A DNA stretch of 64,000 nt from an archaeon. GTDB taxonomy: Archaea; Micrarchaeota; Micrarchaeia; Norongarragalinales; UBA97. Under the pieces are notes generated by a model. It was not told the origin of the DNA. It saw nothing but the letters and a program-made list of their open reading frames with translations, and made no database searches. The stretch covers positions 32,001 through 96,000 of the forward strand of contig JAGVFW010000014.1 in NCBI GenBank assembly GCA_020057405.1, given 5' to 3'. This document shows, piece after piece, positions 57,697 through 64,000 of this stretch; position 1 is the stretch's first letter, and every line of letters starts with the position of its first letter. The position numbers were made by a program, and so were the translations under genes.

Positions 57697-59001
57697 ATGA
57701 GAAAGGCTTCAGTAGTCGTCGGCGCTCAGTTCGGCGATGAAGGCAAAGGGAAGATTGTCGATGTTATGGCCGGCGGGATGGACCTCATCGTCCGCTATCA
57801 GGGCGGCGCCAACGCGGGGCACACCATTGTCGCCGACGGAGTGACTTACAAGCTTCACTTGATTCCGACCGGCGTTGTGCGAGGCAAGCGCAGCCTGATT
57901 GGAGCGGGCGTGGTGCTTGACCCGGCCGCCTTGGCTCAGGAACTGGAGGGCTTGGCAGCCGGCGGCAAGGAAATTACTCCCGCGGGGCTTGGGATTGACT
58001 TTCGCACGCACGTGGTGCTCCCGTGGCACGCCGCAATTGATGTTGCAAGGCAGGCGAACAAGGCAATTGGCACTACGGGGCGGGGCATCGGGCCCGCTTA
58101 CGAGGACGCGGTTGCGCGAACGGGCATCACTTTTTCGGACTTCGTGCAGGCAAGCGTGCTTCGCGAGCGGCTGGCAGTGATTGCAGACGGCAAGCAAAAA
58201 CAACTTCAGTTGCTTGGCGGACACGGGCCCGACGCCGCGCAAGTCGAGGCGGAGTTTCTGGAACTCGCGGCAAGGCTGGCGCCGTTTGCCTGCGACGTTT
58301 CCCACGAGCTGTCTGTTGCGATGGCTAGCGGAAAGGCCGTGCTTTTTGAGGGCGCGCAGGGAACGCACTTGGACCGCAATTTTGGCACTTACCCGTTCGT
58401 CACTTCATCAAGCACCACTTCGGGCGGGGCTTGCGTTGGCGCGGGCGTGCCGCCGTCTGCAATCGGGGAAGTGCATGGCATTGCAAAAGCCTACACGACT
58501 CGGGTCGGAAGCGGGCCGTTCCCGACGGAGCTGATGGACGCCACAGGCGAGCGCATTTGCGAGAAGGGAAGAGAGTATGGCACTACGACGGGACGCAAGA
58601 GGCGGGTCGGGTGGCTTGACGTGCCAATGCTTCGCCGCAGCCACGAGCTAAACGGCTTCACTCACATTCACTTGACCAAGCTTGACGTGCTCGAGGGCCT
58701 GCCCGAACTCAAGATTGCAGTTGGCTACAGGCTTGCCGACGGCACTCAAACGGACCTTTTGCCCGCAACAGTAAAGGAAATGGATTCCGCAACTCCGCAG
58801 TTCATTTCAGTTCCCGGGTTTGAGGAAATCGGGGAGGCGGGATGGAAGCTGGTCGCGCAAGAAGGCATCGCAAAAGGCTTTGCCGCGCTTCCTGAGAAGG
58901 CCCGCCAGTACGTTGAGAAAGTCGAGAAGCTGGTTGGCGTCAGGATTGCAAGCGCATCTATCGGCCCCGAGCGCGAGAGCATCATCTGGGCGGGAAAATG
59001 A
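57697..59001 (+). CDS. purA: Adenylosuccinate synthetase
   Basis: GAQFGDEGKGKIVD, GGANAGHT, EGAQG, GTYPFVTSS, GTTTGRKRR. Confidence 0.96.
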   Translation: MRKASVVVGAQFGDEGKGKIVDVMAGGMDLIVRYQGGANAGHTIVADGVTYKLHLIPTGVVRGKRSLIGAGVVLDPAALAQELEGLAAGGKEITPAGLGIDFRTHVVLPWHAAIDVARQANKAIGTTGRGIGPAYEDAVARTGITFSDFVQASVLRERLAVIADGKQKQLQLLGGHGPDAAQVEAEFLELAARLAPFACDVSHELSVAMASGKAVLFEGAQGTHLDRNFGTYPFVTSSSTTSGGACVGAGVPPSAIGEVHGIAKAYTTRVGSGPFPTELMDATGERICEKGREYGTTTGRKRRVGWLDVPMLRRSHELNGFTHIHLTKLDVLEGLPELKIAVGYRLADGTQTDLLPATVKEMDSATPQFISVPGFEEIGEAGWKLVAQEGIAKGFAALPEKARQYVEKVEKLVGVRIASASIGPERESIIWAGK

Positions 59002-60437
59002 TTAAGCTACAAGTTGTTGTCGAACAGGAGAAGAAGCTCGATGAGTGCGGAGTTATCGCCATCCGCGCCCCGGGCGAAGGCATTGCGCAGGACTTGCTAA
59101 CGGCGCTAATGACCTTGCAACACCGCGGGCAGGAAAGCGCAGGGATGGCAACGCACGACGGCCGCAAGCTCTTTGCCAAGAAAGGAATGGGGCTGGCGAA
59201 CGAGGTGTTCAGCGAGGGTGAGCTGGCCGCCCTGCCGGGGGGCATGGGCATCGGGCACGTGCGCTACAGCACGACGGGCTCAAGCGAGGTTGAAAACGCG
59301 CAGCCGCTTGTCGTTGAGACTCGCGTGGGGACTTTCGCAATCGGGCTTAATGGAAATCTCGTCAACTATCCCGCCTTAAGGACTGGCTTGGAAAAGAAGG
59401 GCTATTCGTTTAACACGAGCACCGACACCGAGTGCCTCGCGTACCTGCTCGCCGAGGAGTTCTCAACTGGGGCGAAGGACTTTTTCGAGGCGTGCGGCAA
59501 CATCATGAAGGAACTTGACGGCGCGTACTGCTTCAACGTAATGACGGGCAAGGGGGAGATTGTGTTGATGCGCGACCCGCAGGGTTTCCGCCCGCTTGCC
59601 ATTGGAAAGCGCGGAGGGGCCGACGTTGTCGCAAGCGAAACTGCGGTGCTTGACGCGCTTGGCGCCAAGTTCGTGCGCTACGTCGAGCCCGGCGAAGTCA
59701 TTGTCCTCACTCAAGCGGGAATGAAAGCCAAGGTTGTCGGGCAGAGCAAGAGAAAGTCGCACTGCATGTTCGAGTGGGTCTACATCGCAAGGCCCGACAG
59801 CATCATTGAAGGCAAAAGCGTAATCGACGTGCGCGAGCGCATTGGCGAGAAGCTCGCGGCGCTTTACCCCAAGCTAAAGGACACCCTTGACGTCGTCGTG
59901 CCGGTACCCGATTCGGGCCGAAGCGCGGCGCACGGCTTCGCGAGGGTTACGGGAGTCAGGTTTGCGGAAGCCCTGCAGAAGAACCGCTATGTCCACCGCA
60001 CGTTTATCATGCCAAGCGACGAGAAAAGAAAGAGCATGGTGAAATTGAAGCTCAACGTCATCCGCCACCTGGTTGCGGGAAAGAGCGTGGCCCTCGTTGA
60101 CGACAGCATCGTTCGGGGCACGACGATGAAGAAGCTCGCTGCTGCCCTCAGGGAAGCCGGCGCGCGGGAAGTGCACTTGCTCATCAGCTGCCCGCCGATA
60201 GTTGCGCCCTGTTTCATGGGAGTCGACTTTCCGACGTACAAGGAACTGACTGCGCCCGGTAAAACTGTCGAGCAAATCCGCAAAGAACTTGAAGTTGATT
60301 CGCTAAATTACATGACAATCGCGGGGCTAGTCGAGTGCATCGGCGTTGAGAAGAAGGATCTCTGCCTCGCCTGCTTAAACGAGGACTACCCGCTCAAGAA
60401 AAAACCCGACATGAATTCAGACGGCCGGTGCGACTGA
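58998..60437 (+). CDS. purF: Amidophosphoribosyltransferase
   Basis: DECG, QHRGQESAG, GHVRYST, CMFEWVY, VDDSIVRGTT, CLAC. Confidence 0.96.
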   Translation: MIKLQVVVEQEKKLDECGVIAIRAPGEGIAQDLLTALMTLQHRGQESAGMATHDGRKLFAKKGMGLANEVFSEGELAALPGGMGIGHVRYSTTGSSEVENAQPLVVETRVGTFAIGLNGNLVNYPALRTGLEKKGYSFNTSTDTECLAYLLAEEFSTGAKDFFEACGNIMKELDGAYCFNVMTGKGEIVLMRDPQGFRPLAIGKRGGADVVASETAVLDALGAKFVRYVEPGEVIVLTQAGMKAKVVGQSKRKSHCMFEWVYIARPDSIIEGKSVIDVRERIGEKLAALYPKLKDTLDVVVPVPDSGRSAAHGFARVTGVRFAEALQKNRYVHRTFIMPSDEKRKSMVKLKLNVIRHLVAGKSVALVDDSIVRGTTMKKLAAALREAGAREVHLLISCPPIVAPCFMGVDFPTYKELTAPGKTVEQIRKELEVDSLNYMTIAGLVECIGVEKKDLCLACLNEDYPLKKKPDMNSDGRCD

Positions 60438-61007
60438 ATGAAAGTCGCTTTTCTTTCAAGCTCGTGGGGCACCACAATCGGGGGAGTGCTCGCGGCGCAA
60501 GAACGCGGGGAGCTCAAGGCACAAATCGCATGCGTCGTGGCCGACAAGGAATGCCCCGCCCTCCAGAAGGCAAGGACCGCGGGCGTTGACGCAGTTTTAG
60601 TGGACCGCGCTGCGCTTTCAAAAGAAGAATTTGAGGAGCAGCTTGACAGCGAGCTGCGAAAGCGGGGGGTCGAACTCGTTTGCCTCGCAGGGTTTATGAA
60701 AATCTTGTCACACGAGTTCGTCAACAAGTGGCGGGACAAAATCATCAACGTCCACCCGTCGCTTCTGCCAAGGCACGCGGGCGGGATGGACTTGCAGGTG
60801 CACCGCGCCGTGCTTGAGGCGCGCGAACGGGAGACGGGTTGCACCATCCACTTTGTTGACGAGGGCATTGACACTGGCAGGATTATTGCGCAGGAAAAAG
60901 TCGCGGTGAGGGAAGCTGACACGGCAGAGTCGCTAAAGGCGCGCGTGCAGGCTGCGGAAGTGGCACTCTTCGTCAAGGTAATAAACGATTTTGCGGAAAA
61001 GAAGTGA
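60438..61007 (+). CDS. purN: GAR transformylase (folate-dependent)
   Basis: LAGFMKIL, INVHPSLLP, GCTIHFVDEGIDTG. Confidence 0.93.
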   Translation: MKVAFLSSSWGTTIGGVLAAQERGELKAQIACVVADKECPALQKARTAGVDAVLVDRAALSKEEFEEQLDSELRKRGVELVCLAGFMKILSHEFVNKWRDKIINVHPSLLPRHAGGMDLQVHRAVLEARERETGCTIHFVDEGIDTGRIIAQEKVAVREADTAESLKARVQAAEVALFVKVINDFAEKK

Positions 61008-61012
61008 ACGAA

Positions 61013-61876
61013 ATGACTGCAAAAATAATTGACGGGAAGGCGCTTGCGAAAAAAGTCCTCGACGACGTCACCGCAAGGGCAACCGCACTCAAGAAGCGGG
61101 GCCTGACGCCAGGCATTGCCGCGGTACTCGTTGGCAGCGACCCGGCATCGGCGCTTTACGTGAGGATGAAGACTGAAAAGGCGCACGCGGCGGGCTTTCA
61201 CAGCGAGACGGTCATCTTGGGCGAGCGTGCGACGACGCAGCAGGTGGTTAGCAAAATCCGCGAGCTAAACGACGACAAGCGGATTCACGGCATCCTAGTG
61301 CAGCTGCCATTGCCTGACGGCATTGACCAAAACGAGGTGCTCGCCGAGATTGCTTCTGAAAAGGACGCCGATGGCTGCACGCAAAACAGTTTGGGCAAGC
61401 TAGTTGCGCGGGAAAAAGGCTTTGAGCCTGCAACCGCCCGGGCGGCAGTTGAACTCATCAAGAGCACGGGCGTCAAGCTTGAGGGATTGAATGCCTGCGT
61501 CATTGGCCAGGGAGTTCAGACTGGCAGGCCCATTGCGCTTTTGCTGCTTAACGAGCGGTGCACGGTTACTATTTGCCACTCGCGCACGAAAAATCTCAAG
61601 GAAATAGCGGCGGCGGCCGATGTGCTCGTTAGCTGCGTGGGGAAGGAGAAGTTCGTCACTGCCGACATGGTCAAGAAGGGTGCGATTGTGGTCGATGTTG
61701 GCATTGACAAGAAACCGGATGGGAAGGTTGCCGGGGACGTTGACTTTGAGGCTGTCAGGAAAGTTGCTGGCTTTGTCACGCCGGTTCCCGGCGGAGTCGG
61801 GCCGATGACGGTCGCCATGCTGTTGCTAAATACCACTGAAGCAGCTGAAAGGATGAAAGCAATAGCGAAAAGCTAG
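61013..61876 (+). CDS. folD: Methylene-THF dehydrogenase/cyclohydrolase
   Basis: IDGK, YVRMK, GILVQLPLP, KDADG, TPVPGGVGPMT. Confidence 0.95.
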   Translation: MTAKIIDGKALAKKVLDDVTARATALKKRGLTPGIAAVLVGSDPASALYVRMKTEKAHAAGFHSETVILGERATTQQVVSKIRELNDDKRIHGILVQLPLPDGIDQNEVLAEIASEKDADGCTQNSLGKLVAREKGFEPATARAAVELIKSTGVKLEGLNACVIGQGVQTGRPIALLLLNERCTVTICHSRTKNLKEIAAAADVLVSCVGKEKFVTADMVKKGAIVVDVGIDKKPDGKVAGDVDFEAVRKVAGFVTPVPGGVGPMTVAMLLLNTTEAAERMKAIAKS

Positions 61877-62193
61877 TCAATAACTTTTAGAATCCCTTTC
61901 TTTTTCATCGCGCCCCGTATTTCCTTAAGCGCTAGTGCGAAGTCCGCTGGAGTCACGGCCGCGTCGTGTTTTCGCGAAATGAAGTCAACGTGCTTTTCCC
62001 CCAAGTTGAATAGCCTTCCGCGAACTTTGGCGCCAATGGGTTGTGCGGAGTGCTCGTCTTTCCCTGAATTCCTTACGAGAACAACCCACTGGTGTGAACC
62101 TGAGGGTACGACGTGAACTGAATCGACGAATACTTTGCCACCCCCTCCGCTTACAGTATAATTTGGTATGCGTTGGGTTTTTGGCCGTTCCAT
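61873..62193 (-). CDS. Hypothetical protein
   Basis: ATG ORF with TTTTAAA ~25 bp upstream; stop overlaps the folD stop. Confidence 0.55.
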   Translation of the reverse strand: MERPKTQRIPNYTVSGGGGKVFVDSVHVVPSGSHQWVVLVRNSGKDEHSAQPIGAKVRGRLFNLGEKHVDFISRKHDAAVTPADFALALKEIRGAMKKKGILKVID

Positions 62194-62227
62194 GAGTCTA
62201 TCTTGAGGCGCGCGGGGTTTAAAATTA

Positions 62228-63294
62228 TAGCTAAGTGCGTAAGTATTTGAACATTTTAGTCAAATTTTTTACGCGAAGGCTGTGTCGGACTGCTTTTTTG
62301 AACTCGTGCTTGTTCTTGTAGCACGAGTTGGCAGTTGCTTGTTTGACTGTGCGCCATGCTTGCTCGATGGGGTTAAGTTCCGGCGAATAGGAAGGAAATT
62401 TTACGAGGCGCACGTGGTGCGCCTCGCACCACGCGGTAAGCCTTTTGGTGCGGTGCCACGGCCCGCCGTCGAGAAAGAGAGTCAAGCGCGGGTAACACGC
62501 CTGCAGGCGCTTGATGAACGTGAGTACGCCTGCAGTGTTAATGCGGGCGAGGAACGAATAATGTTCGCGTTTGCCGTTGACCGCGCCGATCGCGTGGAAT
62601 TTTTCGCGGGTAAAATTCGTTAATGCCACGGCAGGTTTGCCTCTGGCAAACCAACCTCGCGCCGTGTGCGGCGCGATTACGAAACTGCATTCGTCCAGGC
62701 AAAACGCGGTTCGCCGCTCGCGCCTCGCGCGGAGGATTTCCAGCCTCGCTTTTTTTTGAACGCGGCCACCTCGTGAGGTGAACTTTGGTAGTGTTTCGGG
62801 CGCGGCGTCTTCACCGAAAAACCAAGTTCGTGCAAAAGCCTGCGCAAATGCGACGCGTCATACTCTACGCCGTACTCGCGCTTGACGAGCGCGAGAACCA
62901 ATCGCGTATTCCAAAATCCTTCCTTGAAACCGCTCGCTGAAGGCGAGCGCAACAAACGCGCTCGTAAGCCGCGCAACTGCGCGGAACTCAAGCGTTTAGG
63001 CCTTCCCGCTTTGGGCAATGACTCGGAAGCGTTTAATCCACGATCAACGAACCGGTGCAGGATGTCTTGCACCGAGCGGCGGTGCATCTGCACCGCCTCG
63101 GCAATCGCGTCAATGCTCTTACCTTGCTTGCGGTGCACCGCAACCAACAATCGCGTCCGCTGACGCGCACGAGTTTCCTTAGCCGCACGCCGTTTCAACT
63201 CAGGAACGGAAACGCGCGGCAAAAACGCTTCCTCTGAGGGAAGGTTCCAAGTCATACACAAAATACGAAGTTCAAATACTTATACCTTTAGGTA
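62228..63294 (-). mobile_element. IS630-family insertion sequence
   Basis: Inverted repeats 62226-62252 and 63270-63296 (22/27 including the flanking TA); TA duplication. Confidence 0.9.
62231..63255 (-). CDS. IS630 transposase split by a -1 frameshift
   Basis: OrfA has HTH/GRP motifs; A8G run at 62749-62757; the -1 frame gives CLDECSF..LDGGPWH..SPELNPIE. Confidence 0.88.
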
Positions 63295-63297
63295 TAG

Positions 63298-63999
63298 CTA
63301 GTTTTTCGCGTGTTGGCTCGACAGGCTTCTTGCGGCGAGTGTGCTGAAGACGAGCGCGTAGGCCCAGATGCATAGTGCGAGCCCTACGAAGGCGTAGGTA
63401 TGGTTGATTGAATAGAGCAGGCCGCCTAGAAGCGGGCCGATTATTTGGCCCAAGTTTTGGAATGACGCGTTGAGCCCGAGGATGGCGCCGCGTTTGCCGT
63501 GAACTTTTTTGGTGAGCAGCGACGTTACCGACGGGAAGGTCATGGAGTTGCCGATGACGAAGACTGCCAATGGCAGGAGGAGGGTAAGCCAGTCGTTGGC
63601 GAATGCTAGGAAGAAAAAGCCAGTGCCGGAAATGACGAGCCCGATTTTGATGAGCTTGACTTCGCCAAAGCGGTTGACGAGATTGCCGGAAAGAAACTGC
63701 GCTATCATGATTAGAAAGCCAATGTAAGTGAAGAGCAGTCCTACCTCGGAAGAGGTGAAGCCAAGCTTATCGCCAGTGTAGATTGCCAGGACGGCCTGGA
63801 TGCCGCCGACCATGAAGGTAGTCATCATCGAGGCGAGGAGGAGGAAGAGCAGGGGCGAGGAGATGTGTTCTAGGAGCGTGACTTCCTTGCCGACTATGTC
63901 GTGGCTCTCCTTCTTTTCGTGCGGCTCGCGCAACTGGAAGAAGACTGAAACGAAATTCAGGGCGGAGAAGGCGGCGGCCAGCCAGAAGACTGCGTGGAC
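63298..63999 (-). CDS. MFS transporter (TetA-like), 5' end outside window
   Basis: Frame open to the window edge; GNLVNRFGE, RGAILGL..IIGPLLGG motifs. Confidence 0.88.
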   Translation of the reverse strand, partial: VHAVFWLAAAFSALNFVSVFFQLREPHEKKESHDIVGKEVTLLEHISSPLLFLLLASMMTTFMVGGIQAVLAIYTGDKLGFTSSEVGLLFTYIGFLIMIAQFLSGNLVNRFGEVKLIKIGLVISGTGFFFLAFANDWLTLLLPLAVFVIGNSMTFPSVTSLLTKKVHGKRGAILGLNASFQNLGQIIGPLLGGLLYSINHTYAFVGLALCIWAYALVFSTLAARSLSSQHAKN

Positions 64000-64000
64000 T

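Overview
Archaeal chromosome segment, probably from a DPANN lineage such as Micrarchaeota (inferred from PolD DP1/DP2, Nop5, UPF0147, alpha2-type GlyRS, PurP, TATA boxes and many orphan ORFs). Layout: (1) 1-16.4 kb, surface and secreted proteins, three sharing a C-terminal amphipathic [DN]W[IL]R motif, plus an IS5-type element, tRNA-Leu(CAG) and a C/D-box guide sRNA; (2) 16.6-34.2 kb, housekeeping genes (Lrp/glnA, folC, PolD operon, a 56-aa histone missing from the ORF track, glyS, and a Nop5 with a ~340-aa Arg/Tyr/Gly repeat IDR at its N-terminus); (3) 34.2-46.3 kb, a defence island with no integrase in view (nuclease-DUF262-HEPN operon, MvaI-like R-M, HNH, MNT-HEPN, AbiE-like pair, AbrB-PIN), where five promoters carry a CCGGCAA box exactly 23 bp before the TATA box; (4) 48.3-61.9 kb, a de novo purine cluster; then an IS630 element and a partial MFS gene. 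All calls come from reading motifs by eye; no database searches were run.
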